Shown piece after piece: positions 19,247-29,014 of a DNA stretch of 64,000 nt (positions are counted from its first letter, which is position 1; each line of letters starts with the position of its first letter). The notes under the pieces were generated by a model. That model made no database searches. It had not been told where the DNA came from and worked only from the letters and a program-made list of their open reading frames with translations. Location of the stretch: positions 21,965 to 85,964 of the forward strand of contig CAZZZG010000003.1 in NCBI GenBank assembly GCA_964658525.1, in the 5' to 3' direction. Made by a program: the position numbers and the translations under genes. This DNA is from an uncultured Edaphobacter sp. (GTDB taxonomy: Bacteria > Acidobacteriota > Terriglobia > Terriglobales > Acidobacteriaceae).

Positions 19247-19913
19247 AAGTCAGCGACGCATGCCGTCCATGCGATCACGCTGGACAGACTCGCTAATGCA
19301 AGCCTGATTGCCTGGGGCTCTCAGACAATTGCTCAGTCAACCTTTCTATGGTGGTCGTCAACTTCACTCTAAAGAGACACGTCCCCACCCAAAGCTGAGA
19401 GTTCCGCTTCCAACCAAGAGAAAATCTCCATCTGGAACGGATAGGTACTACATTTCGGATGAAATACGCGAGGTGGGAACAGGAATCAGTGTGTAACCGC
19501 GGCGCAAAGGCGCAACACCTTCTGCATCGACAGATTCGCAAATTTCGCGACAGCACATCTTGTGCGTAAGGGCTTGAAAGACCACAGGCTCAAAGAAAGA
19601 GATGCCGAAGACGCAAGTCGTAAATAAGGCGGAGTGCCATCGTCTTGAGCCGAGAATATCCGCGGGTTGTTTCTGCAGTTGTCTTCGCTCTTGGTCAAGG
19701 TCAAATCAGAATAGCTCGCATCTTCCAGAAAGCGAATACGTTACGGGAGATTTAGTCGAAGTAGGTCTCGCGGATTTGTCTTATGAGATTGTTTGGTGCG
19801 ATTTCGTCTATTTCTGTCCGAGGTAGTCCCTATGGCTGTAACTCTGGTCGACGGGGCTACGTCAGATTCCTAACACACCAAACAAATAATCAGCGAAAGA
19901 GAGAACCAATCAT

Positions 19914-20099
19914 ATGATTCTGGCACGTATAAAGCTGCTCGGGTTGAGTTCAGAAAACGACAAAACCCTTCAGGTCAAAATGCACGATGTGTCTATTTTG
20001 GATGCGCAAGAACTCTCCGTGGAATTGCCGCCTGGCTTCCATGAAAGACTTGTCACCAGGTTGGCGAACGCAGAACGCTTCAAAATCGAATTGAAATAG
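19914..20099 (+). CDS. Hypothetical small protein (61 aa)
   Basis: This is an ORF only, in an AT-richer non-coding stretch, with no motif. Confidence 0.2.
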   Translation: MILARIKLLGLSSENDKTLQVKMHDVSILDAQELSVELPPGFHERLVTRLANAERFKIELK

Positions 20100-20455
20100 C
20101 CGAGTCACGCACCTGGCCCCCAAGCGATCTAGGTATCTGACCTGCGTTCCGAACCGCCATCGGTTCATATTAGGCGAGCCATCACAGGAACACTTTGCAA
20201 GCAAAGGCCAACGCTCCTACCACGGAACGGGCGGGCGCTCAAACGGCGGGAACGTTTCTTTCCCTGATTTTTTTCAGGCCGACACCTATAGAAAGGAATA
20301 GGGCTACGGTGGTGATGATATGCGAAGCTTTGCAATACGCGGCCTCCGTTGCTCATACCGGTCATTTAAATGACGCGATTCTGAAAACCGCGGGTATAGG
20401 GTGTTCCGGGTTCGGAATACCGAACGCAACAAGGCGAGATCCACATTAGAAGAGG

Positions 20456-21463
20456 TTGTCGTTGGATATCGCTAAAAACAGAAAAACGATACAGGCCTTC
20501 GCTGAACTTCTCGCTGTCGTCTTTATGGGCATGATCGCTCTGGCCGCTCAGACGAGTGGTTTTATGCTCTTGCTCTTTCCTGAACTGGCAGCTCTTTCCC
20601 ATGACATCATGAGTCGCCCCCGTGGCAAATGGGGGAGTCAGCCTTTGCGGCTTGTCCTCACGCCCACCCTTACTGCGGTCGTCGGCATCTTCGTTACGCA
20701 TCATTTGGCCTTTGGCGCCCTCGGCATAACGCTCATCGTTGGGTTTAGCATCGTCATTATCAAGATCATGAAGTCTACGATCGTAGCTGCGATCTCTGCT
20801 GGCGTTCTCCCTATGGCGTTAAGCGAACGAAGCTGGCGATACCCTCTCGCAATCTTTGTAGACTGCGCGGTATTAGTCCTGCTCTTTCTCTTGTGGAAAC
20901 ATTATGCTGCACGTGCTGACTCGTCCTCCCCGGACGAAGCGAACGAGTCGAAGGTTATAGACTCCCTCGAAGCTATCTCTCACGATCGCTTCTGGGGTCT
21001 CGCTCTTATGGTCTTTGTCGTCGCGTTGGGAGTAACTGCTCAAGTTACGGATCTCCGCTTCCTTCTCTTCCCTCCCCTCATCGTAATGTCATATGAGTTG
21101 TTCGGGCATCCTGAAGTACCAGAATGGATGAAACGACCTGTTCTCTTCCCTGTGGTCTGTCTGCTCACAGCATCCGTCGGCCTTCTGGCCCACTATTTCA
21201 TTCATGCCAATTTCGTGGCAGTAATGCTCACATTCTCATGTTCTATCGGCATCTTGCGTTTCTTCGATTTGCACATGCCTCCGGCCCTCGCAGTCGGACT
21301 ACTCCCGTTTGTTATAAAAAGCCCGGATTATCGATTTCCTCTTTCAGTTTTGCTCGGAACCGTGTCCCTGGGTTTGTATTTCCATGGATACAAGCGTTTA
21401 CGGAGCATCGCATTCGCTTCTCCCTCAGCGAAAGCTGCGACCGGTCATGTCGACACCCGTTAG
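20456..21463 (+). CDS. Integral membrane protein with internal duplication (possibly HPP-like)
   Basis: 335 aa and about 8 TM segments. The two halves align: LLLFPELAALSHDIMSRPRGKW...TAVVGI...AAISAGVLP...RYPL against FLLFPPLIVMSYELFGHPEVPEW...TASVGL...PALAVGLLP...RFPL. Confidence 0.7.
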   Translation: MSLDIAKNRKTIQAFAELLAVVFMGMIALAAQTSGFMLLLFPELAALSHDIMSRPRGKWGSQPLRLVLTPTLTAVVGIFVTHHLAFGALGITLIVGFSIVIIKIMKSTIVAAISAGVLPMALSERSWRYPLAIFVDCAVLVLLFLLWKHYAARADSSSPDEANESKVIDSLEAISHDRFWGLALMVFVVALGVTAQVTDLRFLLFPPLIVMSYELFGHPEVPEWMKRPVLFPVVCLLTASVGLLAHYFIHANFVAVMLTFSCSIGILRFFDLHMPPALAVGLLPFVIKSPDYRFPLSVLLGTVSLGLYFHGYKRLRSIAFASPSAKAATGHVDTR

Positions 21464-21479
21464 ATTAGGCGACTTAATC

Positions 21480-21720
21480 CTATTCGCACGAATGGTGAGT
21501 GATCCGTCGACGTTTGGCATCCTGTCCTCGATGAGCACGCGGTATTGATGTTCCGTCCGTGATGAATCCCGGCTTCGCCGTTAGTGAATGACTATTGGAG
21601 TCTTCATAGGAGAACGGCTTGAGTACTCGCATATCTATGCCGTTTCCTAACCGGTTCAAGTTCCAGTTTTCCTGTAAATCCCTTCGCTCCCATAAACAGT
21701 GCTCCTGGTTGCCGATGAGT
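21480..21720 (-). pseudogene. Possible frame-disrupted C-terminal domain of the redoxin gene
   Basis: Relatives carry a C-terminal beta-sandwich after the Trx domain. Here, pieces resembling it (VVAYGRLIGN.., AKPG.., YRVLIEDRMPNVDGSL) are spread over two other frames. Confidence 0.3.
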
Positions 21721-22395
21721 CTACCGTAAGCGACAACAAGCCAACTTACTTGTAGACAGGAGCCCGCTTTGACCTCTCCGACTGAGTCGCTCATCTTCGG
21801 AACGGAGGGTTCTTTGAGACTGCCTTACCCTAAATCCCGACGTCAATAATTCCTGTATCCACCGTTCAGATTGGTCATATTCGCCCTCGCCGAAGTGCTC
21901 GTAACGAACCTTCCCTTTAGAGTCGATGAAGTAGTGAGCTGGCCACGCCTGATTATGGAATGCGTTCCAGATCGCATAATTGTTATCCAAGGCAACTGGA
22001 TACGTGATGCCAAACTTGTTGACTGCCTCTTGAACATTCGGCAGCTGCTTCTCGATGTCGAACTCCGGCGTGTGGACGCCGATCACTACGAAGCCACTGT
22101 CTTTGTATTTTTCTGCCCACGCCCGAACATACGGAATGGCGCGGATGCAGTTGATGCAGGAGTAGTCCCAAAAATCGACGAGGATAACCTTCCCTTTTAG
22201 CTGCTTTACCGTTAGCGGGGCGGAATTAATCCAGCCAGTCGCCCCAGTCAGTCCGGATAATGGAAAACTTCCGACGATGCTCGGTGGCTCTTGTGCTTCG
22301 ATTGAAGTTGATCCGATCACTGTCCCACCAAATACGACCACAATGGCAATTACAATCGACAATCTCGTCTTTTCCCAGCAAGTAATAGCAGCCAT
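21721..22395 (-). CDS. Thioredoxin-fold redoxin (DipZ C-terminal-like), membrane anchored
   Basis: KGKVILVDFWDYSCINCIRAIPYVRAWAEKYKDSGFVVIGVHTPEF...YPVALDNNYAIWNAFHNQAWPAHYFID contains a CxxC motif. The last ~35 codons look out of frame (see the next entry). Confidence 0.75.
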   Translation of the reverse strand: MAAITCWEKTRLSIVIAIVVVFGGTVIGSTSIEAQEPPSIVGSFPLSGLTGATGWINSAPLTVKQLKGKVILVDFWDYSCINCIRAIPYVRAWAEKYKDSGFVVIGVHTPEFDIEKQLPNVQEAVNKFGITYPVALDNNYAIWNAFHNQAWPAHYFIDSKGKVRYEHFGEGEYDQSERWIQELLTSGFRVRQSQRTLRSEDERLSRRGQSGLLSTSKLACCRLR

Positions 22396-22638
22396 TTAGC
22401 CTTTACCTTTTCGTTGCGCATTATTGGCATGGCAGGCGCAATTGCCGTCTGGTACGCAATCGATGGATTGGACACTCCGGGGGACAGCGAGGTTACAAAT
22501 TAAGCGCCCCATAAATGAAGAATGGGTTCTTAGGGCAGGTTGCCGTCATCTGCATCATTTGAGTGTTTGGACAGGCACTCTCAAGGTCGACGACGGTCAC
22601 GCGAAATCAAAAAGCTTGCGTCCGGCAAAGAGGAACAA

Positions 22639-22980
22639 TTACAGATACTTCGTCAGCTTATAGACCACGGCTTCGAAGACTTCCTGCCATTTGCCGGTGA
22701 TGGCACCATCGACCTTCAGTCGGCTCACACCTGTTCCCTTCCAGGCCTCGTCGATCGTCGGGGAGTACACGCTGATCTCAAACAGGGTTAGGGTCCTTTG
22801 AACGCGCTCCGGAAGCATTCGTTCATACTCTCCACGAAGTTCGTCTTGAACTGCTTGAGCCAGCACACGCATTGCAGCTTCGTTTTCCTGGTCTAAGGGC
22901 CTTCTATCAAGCCTACGAAGCAGCTCCGTGCCACAATTGCTAATCTCCCGGAGCTTGTGCAGCACTTCTTCACGTGTCAT
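22639..22980 (-). CDS. Hypothetical protein (113 aa)
   Basis: ORF with helical, charged composition and no recognisable motif. Confidence 0.4.
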   Translation of the reverse strand: MTREEVLHKLREISNCGTELLRRLDRRPLDQENEAAMRVLAQAVQDELRGEYERMLPERVQRTLTLFEISVYSPTIDEAWKGTGVSRLKVDGAITGKWQEVFEAVVYKLTKYL

Positions 22981-23526
22981 AACCGTCTTCTGGGATCAAT
23001 TTCACAATCGCACTGGGAACACGACATTCGTCGAAACGGAGTTCCTGTGACCTTTCTTCGAGGGTACATCACAAAGTGCAGATTCTCTTTGTCATCCCGT
23101 CCAGCGACCAGTCTCAGGTGAGCAGGTTGGAACAGACTAGCCCCAAATTTTTGGTCAGATTTTGCGCTTTATAGAGATTTCAGCACAGTGTTCGCAAAGC
23201 ATCGTCCTCAGTGAAGCCTACGCAATCGGGCGCAGATCAATTCGCATGTTGTGCCTTCCGACTCCTCGGATTGAGTGTCTTACAGTCCGCAGCACCGAAA
23301 TAGGGCTCTGTTGCAAGATTGTCTGCCGTCGTGTGGAATTATGCCAACGTAGTTTAAAGAGCAAGAGCGTGTTGGATTTCAGATGGCGTCATTTCCGAAC
23401 TGACTTGAAGCCCACGGTGTTGAGATACATGGACCATGCGTCACTTTCTCAGCGAACGATTGCTGTCGCCTATCGTTTTAGATCCACAACTAACAGCAGG
23501 TGACCAGCCAGGCGCTGTAGGAGCGT

Positions 23527-24228
23527 ATGACAATAAAGCGAACGAGTATCCTGGAACGCTACTTTTATCTCTTCATGTCGTTGTTGATTACGGTTGTTGT
23601 CGCCTACGGCTTTAGCCTTACCATCAACCAAAATCTGCTCCATCCTCGTATCCAGCCTCCACATATCGTTTACCTGCACTCCTTTGTCTTCTCTGCGTGG
23701 TTGCTCTTTTTCATCTTGCAATCCGCCCTTGTACGCTCCCACAATGTGCGCCTGCACCGCACCTTGGGCTGGGTAGGCGTCGGCCTCGCAGTCTTCATCA
23801 TCGTCCTCGGATACACGACGTCGACCGCCGTGTTGAGATTGGCTATTCAACGCCAACTTCCAGTCCCGGCCGTATCTTTCCTCATTGTTGAAGTGATGGA
23901 ACTAATCTGCTTCGCGATACCATTTGCTTTGGCGATCTATTGGCGCAAGCGTCCGGATTTTCATCGCCGCCTTATGCTGATCGCCACATGCGCACTCACG
24001 GAAGCAGCATTTGGACGCATCCCAAATCTGCCCAACCTCTTCGCACCTGCCGGGGTGGACGCTTTGATTTTCGTAGGCGTGATTCGAGATATGTTCGTGG
24101 AACACCGTATCCACAGAGTCTATCTTTATGCTCTCCCCACAATGATCTTCCTGCAGATCATCGCAGAGTATACGTCCGCTCACCAATCACCCTGGTGGAT
24201 TGAAATCGGCAACTACCTCGTACGATGA
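23527..24228 (+). CDS. Integral membrane protein, unknown function
   Basis: 233 aa with about 6 TM segments. I recognise no family. Confidence 0.6.
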   Translation: MTIKRTSILERYFYLFMSLLITVVVAYGFSLTINQNLLHPRIQPPHIVYLHSFVFSAWLLFFILQSALVRSHNVRLHRTLGWVGVGLAVFIIVLGYTTSTAVLRLAIQRQLPVPAVSFLIVEVMELICFAIPFALAIYWRKRPDFHRRLMLIATCALTEAAFGRIPNLPNLFAPAGVDALIFVGVIRDMFVEHRIHRVYLYALPTMIFLQIIAEYTSAHQSPWWIEIGNYLVR

Positions 24229-24360
24229 TGCAGTGGACTATTCGGCTTGGCGAGATTTCGCCCGGCCGCAGCGGCGGGGGAAGGGGATGCTAGCCCAGAC
24301 GAGACAATCTCATCTTGCTCCAGTATTTAATGCTAGTCATTTCAACACCTCAATCCACCC

Positions 24361-24650
24361 GGAACCGGTCTGGAGTGTGCGGAATGTCTTGAATCTGACG
24401 AAGCTCTTGTTCTGGTCGAATGGTTTCGCACCAATGCTCCGGACGCGGAAAACTACGCGCGATTGGGATTTGTAGTAGGCCACGAGATCACTCACGCTTT
24501 TGCTCATTAATGTGAAATTCGTCGAGACAGGCAATTTGTTAGCCACTTCGTAACAAACATGAGCAGCCGCTGAGACCGCACGATCATTCCAAAACGGCGA
24601 ATTCGACAAGACCCTCTTTCCCCATGAAGCATATCCTCTGTAGCAGAGAG
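24361..24650 (+). pseudogene. Remnant of an M13 (PepO/neprilysin-type) zinc metallopeptidase
   Basis: My translation gives ...FRTNAPDAENYARLGFVVGHEITHAFAH followed by a stop (HExxH at about 24481-24495). After a frameshift, INVKFVETGNL follows. Only about 60-90 codons of a ~680-aa enzyme remain. Confidence 0.55.
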
Positions 24651-24739
24651 CCTAGTTTTGAGTATCGTTCTGTCGAACCATACTATGGGGCATGCGAGGA
24701 CACCACGGGTTTGACGGTCCATTGCGGACGGAGAGATGC

Positions 24740-25384
24740 ATGGGACGGCGCTTCGCACAGATTGCTTTCACTCCTCAAGTGAAGCGAAACCAAGAGATGC
24801 ATGGGAGTCGGCGACAATACCAGCGTGTCGAGGACTTCGCAGAGGACGGGAACATCCTGAGTTCCTATGAAAAGGAGTTCATCGTTGAGCGTAATGGTTT
24901 TTACATGGCATCCGTCAGCGAGTCCGGATGGCCTTACATTCAGTATCGAGGGGGCTCCAAGGGCTTTCTGGGCATCCTCAGCGACAACACCATTGGATTT
25001 GTCGATCTGAGAGGCAATAAACAATACATCAGCGTCGGGAATCTCCAGACCGATAGTCGGGTAGCGTTGTTCCTCATGCACTACGTTCGCCAACAACGGT
25101 TGAAGATACTCGGTCATGCGCGGATTGTTGAGAATACCTCCGAAACAGCTGAATTGATTCGTACCTTAGAGACGGATGAGCGTTCCGCTGTGCCAGAGAG
25201 AGTGATTACGATTCAGATCGATGCCTTCGATTGGAATTGCCCTCAACACATCGCACAGCGCTTCACCGTCGACGAAATACTGCAATTCCTCCCACTGGAC
25301 GAACTCGCAAAGATCAAAGCACCGGAGGAGCCGCTAAAGTCGAAAAGAGCAACAGAACAGAAATCGATTTCAAAAAGGAAGTGA
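24740..25384 (+). CDS. Pyridoxamine 5'-phosphate oxidase-family FMN-binding protein
   Basis: [20 protein letters not shown]...[22 protein letters not shown]...[11 protein letters not shown]...RVALFLM fits the split-barrel family. GGAGAG precedes ATG 24740. Confidence 0.7.
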   Translation: MGRRFAQIAFTPQVKRNQEMHGSRRQYQRVEDFAEDGNILSSYEKEFIVERNGFYMASVSESGWPYIQYRGGSKGFLGILSDNTIGFVDLRGNKQYISVGNLQTDSRVALFLMHYVRQQRLKILGHARIVENTSETAELIRTLETDERSAVPERVITIQIDAFDWNCPQHIAQRFTVDEILQFLPLDELAKIKAPEEPLKSKRATEQKSISKRK

Positions 25385-25395
25385 AAGAGATTCCG

Positions 25396-25860
25396 ATGGA
25401 TGCTCCACTAGTCCCACCATTTACCTTGGAGACCGCAATTGCCAAGGTGCGCAAAGCGGAAGATGGTTGGAATTCGCGCAATCCGAAGCAGGTTGCCCTC
25501 GCATATACAGTCGACAGCCTCTGGCGTAATCGAGCTGAGTTCGTGAATGGGAGAGATGCAATCGTCGCTTTTCTCGAAAGGAAATGGAACCACGAGCTTG
25601 ACTATCGGTTGATCAAGGAGCTTTGGGCCTTTAGGGACAACCGAATTGCTGTACGTTTCGCCTACGAGTGGCATGACGACACCGGCCGGTGGTATCGCTC
25701 TTATGGAAATGAAAATTGGGAGTACAACGAGCAAGGCATCATGCGTCATCGGCACGCATCCATCAATGATCTACAGATCAAGGAAGACGACCGGCTCTAC
25801 CATTGGTCTCTTGGTCGACGCCCCGACGGACATCCGGGACTTTCGCAGCTCGGCCTCTAG
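25396..25860 (+). CDS. DUF1348 (NTF2-like) protein
   Basis: [77 protein letters not shown]...YGNENWEY matches the DUF1348 consensus almost position by position. Confidence 0.8.
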   Translation: MDAPLVPPFTLETAIAKVRKAEDGWNSRNPKQVALAYTVDSLWRNRAEFVNGRDAIVAFLERKWNHELDYRLIKELWAFRDNRIAVRFAYEWHDDTGRWYRSYGNENWEYNEQGIMRHRHASINDLQIKEDDRLYHWSLGRRPDGHPGLSQLGL

Positions 25861-25868
25861 CGATCAGC

Positions 25869-26768
25869 TTATCTCTTTTGATCTCTTCGCCACGCCGCCG
25901 GAGTCGTTCCCAATGTCCTTCGGAATGCTTTGGTCAGATGGCTCTGATCTGCAAACCCGATCTGGACCGCGATCTCCGAGAGTGGCGTGTTTGTAGTCGC
26001 TAGCAGTTGTTCAGCAGCTGCGATGCGGCGTCGCAGAGCCCACGAATACGGCGGTATACCCGTGGAAATTCGGAATCCACGTGCGAAGCGCGATTGAGAG
26101 AGCTGGGTGAGGTTCGCCAGTTCTGCAAGGCTGATATCCCGCCTGAAGTGTTCCTCAATGTAGCATTTTGCGATCCTCAGTTGCCACGGCACAAGACCAC
26201 TTTCATTCGAGGTCGCTTGGCGATTCAGCTCCTTGTGAGTCGCTGCAAGAAAAGCAGCTACAAGGCTGTCTCCATACAGTCTTTCTTCCGCACTCGACAA
26301 ACATGCGTTTGCAAGCAAATCGGCACAGGTTGCTATTCGCTCGTCGTGACGCGGATCGCTCGGGCGGTTAATTCGGCCCAAATCAAGCTCGTCTCCGAGA
26401 ATCCGTTCTAACTGCCCAAGATCAAATTGCACCTCGAGATACCTTAGGGCTCGTACTTTCTCAATCCAGCTCCAATAGGTCACGTTGGGAGGAATCCAGA
26501 AGAAGAATCCTGGTCGTTGTGCCGCCATAGGAAGGGGTTTGTTAGGATCGCGTCTTGGGCTAAGTATGCCTCCGACGCGTCCCAGCACTGCAACCACTTT
26601 GAACGAATTGCAGGAGAGATCCAGGCAGGAGAGATCTGACGTTGGAATGCAGTGGTTGTAGCGGATGCTGGCGCCGTTCCACCTACGGTTGAGCATGTAA
26701 TACTCACGATCTCCGATCATCTCATAGCAGGTATCGATGTTTGTCGGAATTCGTGAGATCAAGCCCAT
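25869..26768 (-). CDS. AraC-family transcriptional regulator
   Basis: C-terminal double HTH (ISLAELANLTQLSQSRFARGFR...LSEIAVQIGFADQSHLTKAFRRTLGTTPAAWRR). Confidence 0.85.
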   Translation of the reverse strand: MGLISRIPTNIDTCYEMIGDREYYMLNRRWNGASIRYNHCIPTSDLSCLDLSCNSFKVVAVLGRVGGILSPRRDPNKPLPMAAQRPGFFFWIPPNVTYWSWIEKVRALRYLEVQFDLGQLERILGDELDLGRINRPSDPRHDERIATCADLLANACLSSAEERLYGDSLVAAFLAATHKELNRQATSNESGLVPWQLRIAKCYIEEHFRRDISLAELANLTQLSQSRFARGFRISTGIPPYSWALRRRIAAAEQLLATTNTPLSEIAVQIGFADQSHLTKAFRRTLGTTPAAWRRDQKR

Positions 26769-26883
26769 ATCGCCTACTTATTCCATTCGTCCACTCTGCT
26801 CTCGAAGATCACTTTTCCAACGGCGTTCTGTGTCGATGTCGAGGTTCTAAACCTCTGACAATCTCTGTAGTCCATTATTGCAC

Positions 26884-26914
26884 GTTTATGCCTGTTGCTG
26901 CATGTTTATGCCTG
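26884..26914. promoter_or_regulatory. Direct repeat GTTTATGCCTG x2 with 20-bp period, just upstream of the DeoR-family gene
   Basis: Identical 11-mers at 26884-26894 and 26904-26914, located 16 nt before ATG 26930 in the AraC/DeoR divergent region. Confidence 0.35.
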
Positions 26915-26929
26915 GGATAGAGTTAGAGC

Positions 26930-27712
26930 ATGGCCCAGATCGACCTCATGGCTGCGGAACGGCAAGCTGCGATTCTCGATCGGATTCGCAGAAAGGGCCG
27001 TGTCCTGGCCAACGAACTTGCGATCGAATTCGAGACTTCTGAGGACACGATTCGGCGCGCTCTTCGCGAACTCGCCGAACAAGGGCTTTGCAAACGCGTG
27101 TATGGTGGTGCTTTAGCTATTTTGCCAGGCTCCGAGGCAATCGCGGTGCGAAATGCGGAGAATACAGATCGGAAAGCCGCATTAGGTGCAGCACTGGCAG
27201 GACTAGTGACAAAAGGACAATTTGTATTCATAGATGGTGGAACAACGAATCTGGCTGCCGCCCGTATGATCCCTAAACACTTCGGCTTGACGGTGGCAAC
27301 ACAAGACCCCGCCATCGCCGCAGTTCTTGCTACGCGAGAGGATGTCACACTGATCTTGATAGGTGGACAGATAAAGCCTCACCTCGGTTCAGCCGTGGGA
27401 GTTGAGGCAACACGACAGATGATGGATCTTCGGCCTGATCTCCTGCTTTTGGGACTATGTGCGATGGCCCCCCAGACTGGAGTATGGGCTTTCGATACCG
27501 AAGACGCTGCGTTTAAGCAGTGTTTAGTAAAAAACTCGCGGCAGACGGTGACGGCTGCCTTGAATGAGAAACTCGATGCGTCAGCCCCCTTTCGTGTCTG
27601 CCCTGTTAAATCGATTACGGCATTGATCGTCGAGTCGAATGCACCACGTGGAGCCATCAAACCTTTCGTTGACCGTGGGATTCAGATAATAAAAGCCAAG
27701 CGAGTGGGCTGA
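26930..27712 (+). CDS. DeoR/GlpR-family transcriptional regulator
   Basis: N-terminal HTH (RQAAILDRIRRKGRVLANELAIEFETSEDTIRRALRELAEQG) followed by a DeoR C-terminal sugar-phosphate sensor-like domain. Confidence 0.85.
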   Translation: MAQIDLMAAERQAAILDRIRRKGRVLANELAIEFETSEDTIRRALRELAEQGLCKRVYGGALAILPGSEAIAVRNAENTDRKAALGAALAGLVTKGQFVFIDGGTTNLAAARMIPKHFGLTVATQDPAIAAVLATREDVTLILIGGQIKPHLGSAVGVEATRQMMDLRPDLLLLGLCAMAPQTGVWAFDTEDAAFKQCLVKNSRQTVTAALNEKLDASAPFRVCPVKSITALIVESNAPRGAIKPFVDRGIQIIKAKRVG

Positions 27713-27856
27713 GCGCAACCCAATCGATCAAGATAGTTATCCTCTGGCGAACTAGGGTGGCGAGCGTCATAGAGCCCGGTGACGCGCTTTCGGAATGATC
27801 TTTGCCTCTCTACGGCACCTCTCAAATTCCATCCTGCACTACCCTTTCGATCATTG

Positions 27857-27869
27857 AATTCAAAAGCAA
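27857..27869 (+). promoter_or_regulatory. Candidate Ada box (AAT-N6-GCAA)
   Basis: AATTCAAAAGCAA lies 66 nt upstream of the ada ATG. It matches the E. coli Ada operator consensus AAT(N6)GCAA. Confidence 0.35.
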
Positions 27870-27934
27870 GAATCGGAGTGTGGCGTTCTGAGAACGTCGC
27901 TAGAGTTGGTTATGTAAGAAGAAAGGAACCGCCG

Positions 27935-29014
27935 ATGAGCAAGGCAGCGACAACCGTTGAACTCGCAAACAGTACTAAGCAGGATCCACGGTGGCACTCC
28001 GTGGTCGATCGTGATTCCAAGGCTGACGGAAAATTTTTCTATTCGGTCAAAACAACCGGAGTGTACTGCCGCCCTTCCTGTGGAGCTCGCCTTGCTCGCC
28101 CCGAAAACGTGCAGTATCACCTGACGTGCGAAGACGCGGAAAAAGCTGGATTTCGAGCATGCAAACGCTGCAAGCCAGATCAGATGGGGTTCGCTGCAGA
28201 GAACTCACTCAAGATTTCGAAAGTGTGTCGTTTGATCGAGAGGTCCGAACAAGTGCTGACGCTGAAACATCTTGCGAAACAGGCTGAGATGAGCCCGTTT
28301 CATTTCCACCGAACTTTCAAGTCAATAACCGGACTTACACCCACGGCCTATGCGAAGGCGCATCGGAATCAACGGGTGCGAGCCTCATTAGAGAGGAGTA
28401 CCACCGTGACAGACACTATTTATGACGCTGGCTTCAATTCAAGCGGCCGTTTTTACGAGACTACGAACCAGGTCCTCGGCATGACGCCGACCAAATTTCG
28501 TGAAGGCGGATCCGACACAGACATATTTTTCGCGATCGGCAAGGCTTCACTGGGCTCGATCCTGGTGGCTCAAAGTAACAAAGGTGTTTGCTCGATACTG
28601 ATTGGGGAGGACCCTGAAGCCCTGATACGGGATCTTCAGGACCAGTTCCCTAAAGCGAATCTGATTGGGGATGAGGCCGGCTACCAGGAACTGGTGGCAA
28701 AGGTGGTTGGGTTGATCGAGCAACCTGGAACCAGCCTTGACCTTCCCTTAGACATCCGCGGCACCGCGTTCCAGCAGCGAGTCTGGAATGCACTGCAACA
28801 AATCCCTCCGGGCACGACCGCGACATATACCGAGATCGCGAAGAAGATCGGTATGCCCAAGGCCGTCAGGGCAGTTGCACAGGCTTGTGGAGCAAATGCC
28901 CTTGCCGTGGCGATCCCATGCCATCGAGTGATCAAGAACGATGGCTCTCTCTCGGGCTACCGTTGGGGAGTCGATCGCAAACGTGCACTTCTCGAAAGAG
29001 AGGCGCGCGCATGA
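27935..29014 (+). CDS. ada: Bifunctional Ada: methylphosphotriester-DNA methyltransferase/AraC-type activator plus O6-methylguanine-DNA methyltransferase
   Basis: Collinear with E. coli Ada. Shared segments include DPRWHSVVDRDSKADGKFFYSVKTTGVYCRPSCGAR...FRACKRCKP, the AraC HTH MSPFHFHRTFKSITGLTP, LDIRGTAFQQRVW and IPCHRVI. GAAAGGAA precedes ATG 27935. Confidence 0.9.
   Translation: MSKAATTVELANSTKQDPRWHSVVDRDSKADGKFFYSVKTTGVYCRPSCGARLARPENVQYHLTCEDAEKAGFRACKRCKPDQMGFAAENSLKISKVCRLIERSEQVLTLKHLAKQAEMSPFHFHRTFKSITGLTPTAYAKAHRNQRVRASLERSTTVTDTIYDAGFNSSGRFYETTNQVLGMTPTKFREGGSDTDIFFAIGKASLGSILVAQSNKGVCSILIGEDPEALIRDLQDQFPKANLIGDEAGYQELVAKVVGLIEQPGTSLDLPLDIRGTAFQQRVWNALQQIPPGTTATYTEIAKKIGMPKAVRAVAQACGANALAVAIPCHRVIKNDGSLSGYRWGVDRKRALLEREARA

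Noticed and set aside
18098-23520. tRNA, sRNA or CRISPR-like structure in the long non-coding stretches (18.1-18.5, 19.25-20.45, 22.4-22.64, 22.98-23.52 kb)
   Set aside because: I saw no cloverleaf-compatible segments, no regularly spaced repeats and no strong hairpins by eye. The stretches look like degraded former coding DNA, although I cannot exclude sRNAs without a covariance search.
22980-23527. Track ORF 23162..23503 (113 aa) as a gene
   Set aside because: Its translation is Cys/Arg-rich and low in complexity, it has no RBS, and no frame of this region gave a recognisable motif.
28885-29010. Long N-terminal extensions of several track ORFs (28885, 35771, 38843, 39438, 25231, 14971, 27779)
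   Set aside because: In each case an internal ATG with a Shine-Dalgarno-like sequence coincides with the start of the conserved protein region. The upstream part overlaps the previous gene or is non-homologous.
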